Notes under the pieces: generated by a model
The model's database searches: none
What the model saw: the letters and a program-made list of their open reading frames with translations, nothing else
Told to the model about the DNA's origin: nothing
Position numbers and translations under genes: made by a program
Shown: piece by piece, positions 8,751 to 18,126 of the stretch
How the letters are laid out: each line of letters begins with the position of its first letter
How positions within the stretch are numbered: the first letter of the stretch is position 1
From: a virus
Taxonomy: Duplodnaviria; Caudoviricetes
DNA length: 56,429 nucleotides
Virus record (IMG/VR): IMGVR_UViG_3300020438_003800
Span: 1 to 56,429 of that record
Strand: one strand, 5' to 3'

Positions 8751-9671
8751 CTATAGTGTATTTATTTCTTTTAGCATGAAACTTGCTATGCTTTGGTGTG
8801 CTGTTTCTGTAGGATGAAAACTATAAGGATTAAGTAATCCTTTATCAGCAAGAAATGTTATTTTTGGATGATCAGCAAGAAAAGTTGAAGTATGGTACCC
8901 GTCTACATTTTTTACGCCTGCATCTAATGCTAATATGCTACATAAATCTCTGTATTCTCTGTCATCAAATAATAAATTACGTATCTTAGACACTGCTCGT
9001 AGCGAATTTAACTTTGCATGCTGGTCTATTACGTCATTGTCTAAAGAATGTTTTTTATCTTCCAAACGATACAATTCACCAAGATCTGTTTTTGCTTCTA
9101 TATGTTTTGAACTCTCGTGCGGTTTATAGTAATTGTGATGATTAAATGTGTCAAACCAATAATTAGTTATGCCTAAAGATTCAAAATAGGAATTCCAAAA
9201 GTGCATTTCTTTTGCTAATTCAAATATTTTATGATCTTGATCATAAAAATATCTCAGATATGTTTTTGATAAGCCGTCATTTACAGAATGATGACCAGTT
9301 AAATAGCGTCTACCAGGTGTAAGAATAAGATTATTAATATCTTTAAACTTGTAGTCCCAACATTCTATCCTTGAAGTAGCTGTGATGCCCCATAGAACTT
9401 TGATATTATCGTATTCATTCTGTAAATCTTTAAATTGTTGGCTAGAAAAGAAATGTTTTGCATATCGTATTTGTTTGTCATTACTACTAGCGCCCATACT
9501 AAAGTTTAAATTGTCCGCATTAAGTTCTTTTGCAATGATAGATCTAAAAGTATTATGTGGCTTAAACGCTTTAGGATGACTCCAGTATTCTTTTTCAGTC
9601 ATACCCTTGTAATAAAAAACTCCTACACCAAATGTCCAGCTACAACCAAAGGTTATTAATAGATTTTTCAT
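8751..9671 (-). CDS. SGNH/GDSL-like hydrolase/acyltransferase
   Basis: LITFGCSWTFG (block I Ser), GASSND, C-terminal FHPTETAH. Confidence 0.65.
   Translation of the reverse strand: MKNLLITFGCSWTFGVGVFYYKGMTEKEYWSHPKAFKPHNTFRSIIAKELNADNLNFSMGASSNDKQIRYAKHFFSSQQFKDLQNEYDNIKVLWGITATSRIECWDYKFKDINNLILTPGRRYLTGHHSVNDGLSKTYLRYFYDQDHKIFELAKEMHFWNSYFESLGITNYWFDTFNHHNYYKPHESSKHIEAKTDLGELYRLEDKKHSLDNDVIDQHAKLNSLRAVSKIRNLLFDDREYRDLCSILALDAGVKNVDGYHTSTFLADHPKITFLADKGLLNPYSFHPTETAHQSIASFMLKEINTL
8759..8765 (-). promoter_or_regulatory. T4-late-like promoter ATAAATA
   Basis: Within last codons of the SGNH gene, upstream of the 8728 start; followed by CACTA as at 9935. Confidence 0.6.
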
Positions 9672-9673
9672 TC

Positions 9674-9904
9674 TTACCTCTTAATAGTTTTGCCGCCCAT
9701 TAAATTTTTGTCTAGTGTAATTGCATTTTTTGCAGTACCGTCGGGATTTTTAAGTTGTGGGGCCACAGGTGCACCGTTTTTGTCACGTTTAATTTTAGAT
9801 TTTGCTGCTGTTGGGTTTGCTACACTTGCAATACTGCCTGCACTAGTTGCACCAGCTGTCGCAGTCTCGTCTAAAACTTTGTTGTCTATATCTGATATTT
9901 TCAT
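9674..9904 (-). CDS. Small putative head protein
   Basis: MKISDI...LDE-TATAGATSAGSIASV; late motif and SD AGGA upstream. Confidence 0.6.
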   Translation of the reverse strand: MKISDIDNKVLDETATAGATSAGSIASVANPTAAKSKIKRDKNGAPVAPQLKNPDGTAKNAITLDKNLMGGKTIKR

Positions 9905-9934
9905 TTGTAAGTCCTAAAAATTTATTTGCTAGTG

Positions 9935-9940
9935 TATTTA
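9935..9940 (-). promoter_or_regulatory. Late-type promoter TAAATA
   Basis: CTAAATACACTA in the intergenic gap upstream of 9904. Confidence 0.55.
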
Positions 9941-9948
9941 GTTAGGTT

Positions 9949-10671
9949 TTATCTGTAGGTTTTTTTCCAAAAAGGCATAATAACGTTATCTGTAAATACC
10001 TTGTGTTGCTCCGACGACGGATGTTGATCATCTTCGGTAAACGGTAAGTTAGTATTTTCTCTGCACCATTCACCCATTCCGCCTACGGGCAAAAATTTTG
10101 ACATATCTAACAAGTCATACAAATGACTAGTACTTGGATTATGTGTTATATAATTTATTGGTAGTGTATGGTCCATATATGTACTCATAAAATATTTTAT
10201 ATTATTTTTTTCTAAAAACCATTGTGTTCTCAACATATGTTCAAGAGTTAAAATTAAACTTCCTGTAAATGAATGTAAATATTTGTAGTAAACTTGCGCT
10301 TGTCTAGTTTTCCAATAATGATTTGCAATAAACCAATGCTTGTGATCATTAATAAATCCTGTAGGATTTTCATTCCATCCTTCTGTATTTCTTCTATAAC
10401 TTTTAGATAATCCGTCTGGTTCGTCACGATAAAAGTCATGTCGGTCAGGACCTGACCACATTACACCAACAATAATATTTTCTGGTTTAGATGTTTTTAA
10501 AGCTTCTGATACCTTGTAGATACAAGTTCTGCTTATTAATCCGTTACCTTGTGAAGCCATTCCTGTGTCAATATGTTTATAATTAGGAAACTGTGCTGAG
10601 AAATGTATTGGCCATGTTTGCACATAGCGTGTTTCACTAAAACTACACCCGCATGTAATTACTTTTTGCAA
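9949..10671 (-). CDS. Second SGNH/GDSL-like hydrolase/acyltransferase
   Basis: VITCGCSFS, GMASQGN, DDQHPS (DxxHP). Confidence 0.65.
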   Translation of the reverse strand: MQKVITCGCSFSETRYVQTWPIHFSAQFPNYKHIDTGMASQGNGLISRTCIYKVSEALKTSKPENIIVGVMWSGPDRHDFYRDEPDGLSKSYRRNTEGWNENPTGFINDHKHWFIANHYWKTRQAQVYYKYLHSFTGSLILTLEHMLRTQWFLEKNNIKYFMSTYMDHTLPINYITHNPSTSHLYDLLDMSKFLPVGGMGEWCRENTNLPFTEDDQHPSSEQHKVFTDNVIMPFWKKTYR

Positions 10672-10871
10672 GTTTCTGATTTCCTTGAGTTAAGAATATC
10701 TGTCATTACATTGCTAGCTGTATTAGTAAAGAAACGCGGAGCAATACTATGGACTATTAATGCTGGCACTAAAAGTTGCAATCTTACAGCGGCAGTTAGG
10801 GCAGCTTTCATATGCTGACATCCAGTTTCACCTTGTTCTTCTAAGTGTAATTTACATTGTTTACTTAACAT
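10659..10871 (-). CDS. Small hypothetical protein (DUF6356-like)
   Basis: HL-x4-ET-x3-H...ALIVHSIAPRFF-x-NTAS pattern. Confidence 0.55.
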   Translation of the reverse strand: MLSKQCKLHLEEQGETGCQHMKAALTAAVRLQLLVPALIVHSIAPRFFTNTASNVMTDILNSRKSETCKK

Positions 10872-10897
10872 TATTTCTACTTTCTCTTGTATAAAAG

Positions 10898-10904
10898 TAT
10901 TTAT
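10898..10904 (-). promoter_or_regulatory. Late-type promoter ATAAATA
   Basis: In the intergenic gap upstream of 10871. Confidence 0.55.
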
Positions 10905-10928
10905 TTCTTGTAGCCGCTGCTGTTTATT

Positions 10929-11573
10929 TTATGCGTGGACAATCTCAAGATAGTAATATGGTCTAGTAAACATTTGGTTATCCATTGCAAATACTTCATT
11001 AATTTTTAAATTTTCGTTTTTTGCCATATTTTGAAATATAGAATATTCTGACTTATTAAAATCTTCTAGTAGTAATATTATTCCGTTTTCTGAAAGATAA
11101 TTTTTTACACCTGCAAAAAAACGTTTATGTATTTTATAATCTTCGTCGTGATATAATCTAGAAGATAACAACTTTTTATCTTCTTTAGGAACAACAGTGT
11201 GAGGTGGATTTCCTACAATTAGGTCATATTTTTTGTCTTGCGGAATACTTTGTATATTATCCCCTAAATAATATTCTACTTTTTTAGATATACTAGGGTT
11301 ATTATCAATTGTTTTTTCAATATTGTTTATAGCACCCTGGTATATATCATTAAAAGATATATTATTACAGCATTCTGTTGCAAGTAATCCAAAACCTATT
11401 ATTCCAGGTCCGCTAAAACATTCTAAGCAATTGTCAAAAGTTTTACCGTAACGGTCCTTGACAACTTCTAAAAAATCTAGACCAAAGCTTCCGCCGCCTG
11501 CTCTTGTGTCATAGTCCCAGTAAATTGATATGTCGTTTATTTTTAGTATACGGTCTAAAGTATACTGTGTCAT
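10929..11573 (-). CDS. Class I SAM-dependent methyltransferase (HemK/PrmC-like NPP motif)
   Basis: LECFSGPGIIG SAM motif, FNDI, DLIVGNPPH. Confidence 0.8.
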   Translation of the reverse strand: MTQYTLDRILKINDISIYWDYDTRAGGGSFGLDFLEVVKDRYGKTFDNCLECFSGPGIIGFGLLATECCNNISFNDIYQGAINNIEKTIDNNPSISKKVEYYLGDNIQSIPQDKKYDLIVGNPPHTVVPKEDKKLLSSRLYHDEDYKIHKRFFAGVKNYLSENGIILLLEDFNKSEYSIFQNMAKNENLKINEVFAMDNQMFTRPYYYLEIVHA

Positions 11574-12538
11574 TATTTTTTGCGGCCGCTTTTCATATTA
11601 GCACACCAGTGATACATTTTAGCCTTCTCACCGCTTGCATTTTTAGCACGTTTGCGTAATTGTGTTACTGTGCCGTTACAACTAGCACCTGACTTCTTTA
11701 CTCTGCCTGGTCTGCTTTTGCCTTTTTTCTTACCGTCGGCAAAGTTTTCTTTTACTTTGTCTTCGCCACGCTTTTGCCAATCCAATGACTTTACGTCATC
11801 TTCAATAGGACCGCCTTTGGCCCAAGTATGACAACTTCTTGCACTGTGGCATTTGAAGTGATGCATCCAGCAATAACCTAAACGTCCATCATCGTCTGAT
11901 GTTTCGCCTGGCATACAAGCATCCATGCGTTCTGATATGTCAAATGCTACACAGTTTCCACATTTACTTGCAAGTGCCGCTTCTACATCAGTGTCCCAAT
12001 AGTCTGCAATCTTTTCCCAATAGTCACCTGGTTCACTTACATTCAAAGGTCCATAGTTAAAGTTCTTTAGCGTTGCATCTCTATTTTTTGTGTTAAGTTC
12101 TAAGTCTTGCGTTGCTGGCGGACAGTCTTGTCCTACTGCTTCGTCTACGTGTGAATCATCACCGTCTTTATCGGCGTCTTGTGTTTTGTATCCTGCTTTT
12201 TTAAGACCTTTCTTAAGATGGTCTTTTTCTTTCTTGCCGCCAAATGGTACTATCATAACATCAGGCTCATCTCTGTTTGCATCTTTGCCCGCACTATCTA
12301 AATTAGAAATAGTTTTACCTACACGTAAAAAATCGTATGCTGTATCTGCTTTTGTAAGGAATGTGTTTTTAGGATTTTTCATATGGTGAGCTTCGCCTAA
12401 TAACGGCGGTACACCATCTTTGGAAACATTAAAACCTAATTTTTCTGCCTCAATTGAAATTTGATCAACACCAACGTCTACAGTTGTATTAACCCCGTTA
12501 ACAATTCTACCGTCTTCAAATAACTCTCTAATTAACAT
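11573..12538 (-). CDS. Modular putative head polyprotein including a Cys-rich HiPIP-like module and a basic C-terminal module
   Basis: MLIRELFE leader; modules bounded by LFE-D, LGE-A, VDE-A, VKE-N; CGNC...GYC...C...CHTW. Confidence 0.6.
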   Translation of the reverse strand: MLIRELFEDGRIVNGVNTTVDVGVDQISIEAEKLGFNVSKDGVPPLLGEAHHMKNPKNTFLTKADTAYDFLRVGKTISNLDSAGKDANRDEPDVMIVPFGGKKEKDHLKKGLKKAGYKTQDADKDGDDSHVDEAVGQDCPPATQDLELNTKNRDATLKNFNYGPLNVSEPGDYWEKIADYWDTDVEAALASKCGNCVAFDISERMDACMPGETSDDDGRLGYCWMHHFKCHSARSCHTWAKGGPIEDDVKSLDWQKRGEDKVKENFADGKKKGKSRPGRVKKSGASCNGTVTQLRKRAKNASGEKAKMYHWCANMKSGRKK

Positions 12539-12542
12539 AGCG

Positions 12543-12548
12543 TATTTA
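12543..12548 (-). promoter_or_regulatory. Late-type promoter, probably leaderless
   Basis: GGTAAATA-CGCT-ATG (4 nt to start, no SD). Confidence 0.55.
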
Positions 12549-12803
12549 CCAAACTTTTACTATGTGGAAATCCACAGGTTCTAAATATTTTATTTCGTTT
12601 TTCTTGCCTTCTAAGTCATAAAATATAAAATGCTTTGGACCTTGCTTAACTATCTTCTTTGCTTGATATGTTTGAGCCTTCCACGTTTTAGTTCTTTCAC
12701 CGTCTTGATGTATAGTAACTGTATCTGCTACCCAAATAACCATTTCATATTCTTCTCTAGTTATTCTTTTCCACCATTCTACGATTCTATTTCTTTTCCT
12801 CAT
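12546..12803 (-). CDS. Hypothetical protein
   Basis: 85 aa, ATGA-coupled to upstream gene. Confidence 0.65.
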   Translation of the reverse strand: MRKRNRIVEWWKRITREEYEMVIWVADTVTIHQDGERTKTWKAQTYQAKKIVKQGPKHFIFYDLEGKKNEIKYLEPVDFHIVKVW

Positions 12804-13012
12804 TTCTTCTTACGTCCTCGGAAAGTATGTCCTGTCATATAAGGTTTTGAAAACCACAATTCAAACCATTCTTTGTCGCCCGGCTTTATATTTTTATCTT
12901 TTTCTACTTGTTTTAGATCAGTTGCAGTCTGACTCATGTTTTCTAGAGTATACTCAGTATATCCTTTGAATTCATTTACACCAGCAAGTTGTTTTAGTCT
13001 TTCAATATCCAT
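12800..13012 (-). CDS. Small putative head protein
   Basis: MDIERLKQLAGVNE leader, IKPGDKEWFELWF, basic tail. Confidence 0.65.
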   Translation of the reverse strand: MDIERLKQLAGVNEFKGYTEYTLENMSQTATDLKQVEKDKNIKPGDKEWFELWFSKPYMTGHTFRGRKKK

Positions 13013-13752
13013 TATTTCTTAGCCAGTTTCGTTGCAGTTGCATACATTACTGCATCACTGTCTTTACCGTAACGCTTTTTAAATCCAGCTTTTCCTTTTT
13101 TCATACCTTTTACAATACGTTCTTTTTCTTTTTCTTCGCCTTTACTAAGTTCTCGCTCTGATGCTACTGTGTCTTGTACGCCCATACCCTTGCGTACAGC
13201 ATCATACATAGATTTTGCTAACTTACTGTTTGGAACACCTTGTGCAAATGCGTTCTCATCACCTTGTGATGCAGCTGCTCTCATTTTACTTGCACTCATA
13301 CCTTCGGCGCCGTCAGCGTCAGGATCACGTTCGCCTGCACTTACTACGTTAAGTGTATTAAATTCAAAAGGAATATTTCCTGACTTGTCTGGTCTACCGT
13401 TGTAAGTATCGAACATCTTTTGGAAACCATCTACACGATCTGAACCTGCAATAAAAATAATATCAGTATAACCTAAACTTTGTAGCATTTGTAGTGCTTG
13501 TACAGGAGTTTTTACTTTTGAATGTCCTATGTTAATACTAGGAAAGGACTGTTTTGCAAACTGCATCTTAGTTGCAAAGTCTAATGGGTCTGTTTTAGGT
13601 TTTTGTGTTTGTGATAGAAAAAGGTAATGATCGCCTGGCTGTGCTTCAATGGCTGCTACTAGTTTAGCATGTCCAATTGTTGGAGGGTTAAGCCGTCCGA
13701 ATGCGAGAACAGCTTTTTTTGCCGGCGCTTCAAACAGTTCCCTTAACAGCAT
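13012..13752 (-). CDS. Cytidyltransferase-like HIGH-superfamily nucleotidyltransferase with MLLRELFE leader and basic tail
   Basis: FGRLNPPTIGH, AGSDR, SAGERDPDA, MSASKMR motifs of the T4-like phage cytidyltransferase family. Confidence 0.8.
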   Translation of the reverse strand: MLLRELFEAPAKKAVLAFGRLNPPTIGHAKLVAAIEAQPGDHYLFLSQTQKPKTDPLDFATKMQFAKQSFPSINIGHSKVKTPVQALQMLQSLGYTDIIFIAGSDRVDGFQKMFDTYNGRPDKSGNIPFEFNTLNVVSAGERDPDADGAEGMSASKMRAAASQGDENAFAQGVPNSKLAKSMYDAVRKGMGVQDTVASERELSKGEEKEKERIVKGMKKGKAGFKKRYGKDSDAVMYATATKLAKK

Positions 13753-14072
13753 TAGTATGCTCCATCCTTAATCTGTGTAAGTTCTTCACTACACATCTTT
13801 TCAACAAGACTATCTCTGTCTTTTTGACCAAATACATTTTTAGAACTTCCTAACTTGTATTCTTTACAATAAGACTCTATTGCCATATCACAACACTTGC
13901 CCATGCACTCTTCAGGATCACATGGCTTTCCACTGTCATGTTTCTTCTTCATATCAATGATTGCAGGGAAAAGTGATTTACGATAAAAACTAGGATTATT
14001 ACGCATGTAAATTGCGCAATCATCTACTACGTCAAATGGCATTTCTTTTGTTACAAATTCGTCTAAGCGCAT
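13752..14072 (-). CDS. Hypothetical protein (MRLDEF leader)
   Basis: 106 aa; coupled to neighbours. Confidence 0.65.
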   Translation of the reverse strand: MRLDEFVTKEMPFDVVDDCAIYMRNNPSFYRKSLFPAIIDMKKKHDSGKPCDPEECMGKCCDMAIESYCKEYKLGSSKNVFGQKDRDSLVEKMCSEELTQIKDGAY

Positions 14073-14073
14073 G

Positions 14074-14256
14074 TTATTTCTCTTTAGCTGCTAGTATATC
14101 TTCATACGTTGATCCGTATGGATTGGGTGCTATTGTAATCATATCAGCATCTAATTCAGCTGCTTGTTCAGCTTCTGCGTTATCTAAACCATTTATCTGA
14201 GCTAAACGATTGCCTAAATCTCTTATTTCTTGTGCAGGTGTCTTCTTTTCTACCAT
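14074..14256 (-). CDS. Small hypothetical protein
   Basis: 60 aa; fills the gap on the coding strand. Confidence 0.55.
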   Translation of the reverse strand: MVEKKTPAQEIRDLGNRLAQINGLDNAEAEQAAELDADMITIAPNPYGSTYEDILAAKEK

Positions 14257-14840
14257 TTCCTACAACTCCAATATCTTGCTTTTGTACGTGGACCTGGATT
14301 ATCACAATTATGTCTAGCACGGAATGAACGTCTACGTGCAGGATTAGACTTTTTAATCTTCATTGCTTTACCTTTAACACTTGATCCACCGTGTCCAAAG
14401 TTTACTTTTTTTACATTACCCGTTTTAGGATCTTTGACATACACTTTAAACTTCTTAACATCACCTTGCATAGGCTTACCAAGTTTAACTTTACGTCCTT
14501 GATATTCTGCTTCGTCCATCGGATCATCATCTTCATTGTACCACAGCATACCGTATGCTTCATAAAACTCATCGTCGTCGTCGTATGTTTCTTCATCAAC
14601 ATATGAACCTTCGTGGCCCATTTCGATATCAAAGTCTTCATAACCTTGTTCGAACATATAGTTTGCTAGTTTCTCAGCGTATTCATTTGCTTCGTCTTCT
14701 GACAGTTCTCTTTGTAATGGAATTTGGAATATTGTACAGTCCTGCTCAGTTACAAATGTTTGACTTTCTGCAAAGATGCTTTCGTCTAATTTAGATACAC
14801 CTTCTTGTTTTTCCATTACTACTTTTACAAAATATTCCAT
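14250..14840 (-). CDS. Bipartite protein: acidic N-half and basic C-terminal domain (DUF6321-like)
   Basis: Charge flips at MDE-A; KFKVYVKDPKTGNVKKVNFG...RRSFRARHNC...YWSCRKW. Confidence 0.65.
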   Translation of the reverse strand: MEYFVKVVMEKQEGVSKLDESIFAESQTFVTEQDCTIFQIPLQRELSEDEANEYAEKLANYMFEQGYEDFDIEMGHEGSYVDEETYDDDDEFYEAYGMLWYNEDDDPMDEAEYQGRKVKLGKPMQGDVKKFKVYVKDPKTGNVKKVNFGHGGSSVKGKAMKIKKSNPARRRSFRARHNCDNPGPRTKARYWSCRKW

Positions 14841-14851
14841 TTTTTTACCTT

Positions 14852-15193
14852 TTAGTGATTTAATACTATTGAATTTATTGTTCCGTCTGTGTAAACAACT
14901 TTAGCTCTTATCCAAACATAATTACCAGTAACATTAGCAGTTTTACTAACACTTTCTCCAACTGCGGCATACGAATGTACACTAAACCAGTCTGTTTCCA
15001 CAGGGTCAACTACAAGTGTACCTTCAATAATTATTGTTCCTGTTAATCCTGCAAATGTATATTGCACAGTATGAAGCCCGTCACTACGTCCGTAGTAACC
15101 GTCTCCTTTGAATTTGTCACCAGTTACAGTCTCTGTTGTACTGTCTCCTGGATGTGTATTTGCTGTTAAAATTGTTTCACTATTAGTTGCCAT
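14852..15193 (-). CDS. Beta-rich putative virion protein
   Basis: Thr/Gly-rich, GNYVWIRAKV; late motif 5 nt upstream. Confidence 0.6.
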   Translation of the reverse strand: MATNSETILTANTHPGDSTTETVTGDKFKGDGYYGRSDGLHTVQYTFAGLTGTIIIEGTLVVDPVETDWFSVHSYAAVGESVSKTANVTGNYVWIRAKVVYTDGTINSIVLNH

Positions 15194-15194
15194 A

Positions 15195-15893
15195 CTAATA
15201 TTTATCTAATTCTTCTAACCATACAAGTTTTTGAACACGCCTAATATTGTCTCCAATTAGTAAAGTAATTAGATTTAATACTTTTTCGTCTCTTACATAA
15301 AAGTATAAACCGTCAACATATGCTTGATCTTCTAGATAAGACAATGCAGTTTTACCGATTTTACTTTTATCTGTATTATTTTTTAACCAAGAAGCAAGTT
15401 CGTTTGAGCCAAGTTTACGTCCAAGTGTAACACGTAGACCAAACTCTGGTTTTTTTGAAACAAATGCTATATCCTTTTCTTTTTTTAGTAGCTCTTTAAT
15501 ATTTTCAAGAGGTTCATAGAAAGAAACTGATTTTGTTCTAACAGTTGTGCCTAAATCTACAAGGAATTCTCTATTGTTAGAATAGATAATTATATCGTTA
15601 CCGAGACCTATTCTAACAATATATTGTTTATGATGAGATTTTAATCTAGAATATATATCTTTAGCATCGAAGAAATCTTCTTGCGAAATTGATATAGTTG
15701 TCCTCCAAACTTGGCGTTGTAAAGGTATACCATTTTCATAATCTAACTGATACTTATCTAGTTCTTTTCTTACATGGGACAGAGTGCCTTCGCGTTGCAA
15801 CTCTGTCCTAAAACTGTGAGACAAGGGGTTGTATATAACAAGTTTGTATATGTACTGGTTATAGAAGTTTTTTGTAGTCTCATAGATGTTCAT
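15195..15893 (-). CDS. Hypothetical protein
   Basis: 232 aa, overlaps clpA stop; no motif recognised. Confidence 0.7.
   Translation of the reverse strand: MNIYETTKNFYNQYIYKLVIYNPLSHSFRTELQREGTLSHVRKELDKYQLDYENGIPLQRQVWRTTISISQEDFFDAKDIYSRLKSHHKQYIVRIGLGNDIIIYSNNREFLVDLGTTVRTKSVSFYEPLENIKELLKKEKDIAFVSKKPEFGLRVTLGRKLGSNELASWLKNNTDKSKIGKTALSYLEDQAYVDGLYFYVRDEKVLNLITLLIGDNIRRVQKLVWLEELDKY
15199..15206 (-). promoter_or_regulatory. Late-type promoter GATAAATA, leaderless
   Basis: GATAAATA-TTAGT-ATG. Confidence 0.65.
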
Positions 15894-18126
15894 CTAATAC
15901 TTTAACCTCAGTATCCACAACTAGCTTAATATTATCATCAGCTATATCAACTGTAACCAGTCCCCCGTTCTTTAGATCACCAAATAGCATTTGTCTAGAT
16001 AACGGACGTTTAATATCTTTATCTATTACACGCTGTAACGGCCGCGCTCCGTTCTTTGGATCAAAGCCCTTGTCAACTAAGTAATCTAAAGCTTCGTCAG
16101 TAATTTTAATATCAATATTTTTTTCCTTAACCATATCTTTAAGTTCTACAAGGAATTTACCAACAATTTTCATCATTACTTCTTTACCAAGTTTAGCAAA
16201 TGTAATAACACCATCTAATCTATTTCTAAATTCTGGTGCAAAGAATCTCTTAAGCTCTGTATCACCATAGCTTGTATTTTCTTCTGAACCAAATCCTATA
16301 GAATTTTTCTCAGCTTGTGCTGCACCAAGATTAGTTGTAAGTATTAGTGTACACTGTCGAGCATCAGCTTCTTTGCCGTCAGAGCCGGTAACTTTACCAT
16401 TATCCATTACTTGTAGCAAGATTTGAGAAACATCAGGATGTGCTTTTTCAATTTCATCAAGTAATAATACACAATTTGGATTTTCTTGTAGTTTAGTTAT
16501 AAGTTGTCCTGAGCTTTCTTCGTGTCCTACGTAGCCCGGAGGCGACCCAATTAGCTTTGATACACTGTGTTTTTCCATGTATTCACTCATATCAAATCTT
16601 ACAAGTTTAACTCCTAAGTTTTTGGCTAGTGCTTTTGCAGTTTCAGTTTTACCAGTTCCTGTTGGACCCATAAACACAAACGCACCAATTGGCTTATCAT
16701 CTGCTTTTAGTCCTGCTTGGCTAACAAGTATTTTATCAACAATACTTTCAATTGCTTCGTCTTGTCCGAATACAACTTTCTTTAAATTATTTTCTAGTTG
16801 GGCAAGATTTTCAGTTTCTTTTTCTGCTACTTGCTCTGCAGGCAAATTAATAATTTTAGCAAGTTCATATTGAATGTTAGATTCTTCAATAACAATATTT
16901 TTCGTTTGATTGTTAACTTTAAAGCGTGAACATGCAATATCAATAAGATCAATTGCTTTGTCTGGCAACTTTTTATCGCTTTGATACTTAACACTTAGGT
17001 CAATTGCTGCTTTAATTGCTTGATCAGTAATTGTAGCTGCATGGTATTCTTCGTAGTACTTTTTTATTCCTTTAAGAATATCTGAAGTAGTTTCTTTTGA
17101 AGGCTCGTCAATAGTAACACGCTGGAATCGACGCATTAATGCACGATCTTTTTCGAAGTATTTTCTATATTCTTCCCATGTTGTACTTGCAATTACTTTT
17201 AAATTGCCTTTTGTTAATGCAGGCTTTAACATATTTGCCATATCTGATGAACTATTACTTCCAGCGGCTCCGGCACCACTCATCATATGTGCTTCATCAA
17301 CAAACATAATTGTTTTGCCTTGCTTTTGTAGAGCATTGATTACCTGTTTAAATCTCTCTTCAAAGTCGCCTCTATACTTACTACCAGCAATCATACCAGC
17401 AATGTCTAAATTATATACTTTGTACTCTTTTAGAAACTCTGGTACATCGCCATTTACAATCTTAAAGGCTAATCCTTCAGCAATTGCAGTTTTACCTACA
17501 CCAGGGTCTCCAACCATAAGAACATTATTTTTATTACGACGGCCTAAGGCAAGAGCTAGACTTACAAGTTCTTCAGATCGACCAATAATAGGATCAACTT
17601 TGCCACGCTTAACTTCATTGTTAAGGTCTGTAGCAAAGGCACGTAATGCCTTTTTCTCTTCTCCACTAACAACTTCGTCATCTTCCATTAGATCATACTC
17701 GTCGTTAATAAATTCTGTAAAGCTTGCTTTATCCAATCCGCCTTTCTCTAAGTAATATGTGCATACTGACTTCTTTTCACTTAGTACACTTAACAAAAGA
17801 TCTGTCAATTCTATAGTAGATCTACCTGCAAATAATGTTTGCGTAAACGCCCTATTTAATACACGTTCTACTGTACTTGTCTTTTTTGGTTTAAATTTTA
17901 CATCAGGGATCTTTAGATCGCCTAATTCATTTTTTAAGTAATTTTCTATATTATGCTTAATATAATCAACTTTTGCACCATACGTAGCAAGTAATTTGCA
18001 AAAGTTTTCTTCACAGAAGATTGCATAAACTAGGTGTTCTAGTGTAACATATTCGTGCTGAAGCTTTTTTGCATCTTTAATTGCTTTATCAAAAATAAGT
18101 TGTAATTCTTTACTGGGCTCTACCAT
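15880..18126 (-). CDS. clpA: ClpA-type AAA+ chaperone
   Basis: Clp-N domain, GDPGVGKT, GSKYRGDFEER, FVDEAH, GPTGTGKT, RFDMSEY, LLDEIEKAH, IGF ClpP-docking loop, GARPL; no ClpB middle domain. Confidence 0.92.
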   Translation of the reverse strand: MVEPSKELQLIFDKAIKDAKKLQHEYVTLEHLVYAIFCEENFCKLLATYGAKVDYIKHNIENYLKNELGDLKIPDVKFKPKKTSTVERVLNRAFTQTLFAGRSTIELTDLLLSVLSEKKSVCTYYLEKGGLDKASFTEFINDEYDLMEDDEVVSGEEKKALRAFATDLNNEVKRGKVDPIIGRSEELVSLALALGRRNKNNVLMVGDPGVGKTAIAEGLAFKIVNGDVPEFLKEYKVYNLDIAGMIAGSKYRGDFEERFKQVINALQKQGKTIMFVDEAHMMSGAGAAGSNSSSDMANMLKPALTKGNLKVIASTTWEEYRKYFEKDRALMRRFQRVTIDEPSKETTSDILKGIKKYYEEYHAATITDQAIKAAIDLSVKYQSDKKLPDKAIDLIDIACSRFKVNNQTKNIVIEESNIQYELAKIINLPAEQVAEKETENLAQLENNLKKVVFGQDEAIESIVDKILVSQAGLKADDKPIGAFVFMGPTGTGKTETAKALAKNLGVKLVRFDMSEYMEKHSVSKLIGSPPGYVGHEESSGQLITKLQENPNCVLLLDEIEKAHPDVSQILLQVMDNGKVTGSDGKEADARQCTLILTTNLGAAQAEKNSIGFGSEENTSYGDTELKRFFAPEFRNRLDGVITFAKLGKEVMMKIVGKFLVELKDMVKEKNIDIKITDEALDYLVDKGFDPKNGARPLQRVIDKDIKRPLSRQMLFGDLKNGGLVTVDIADDNIKLVVDTEVKVLDEHL

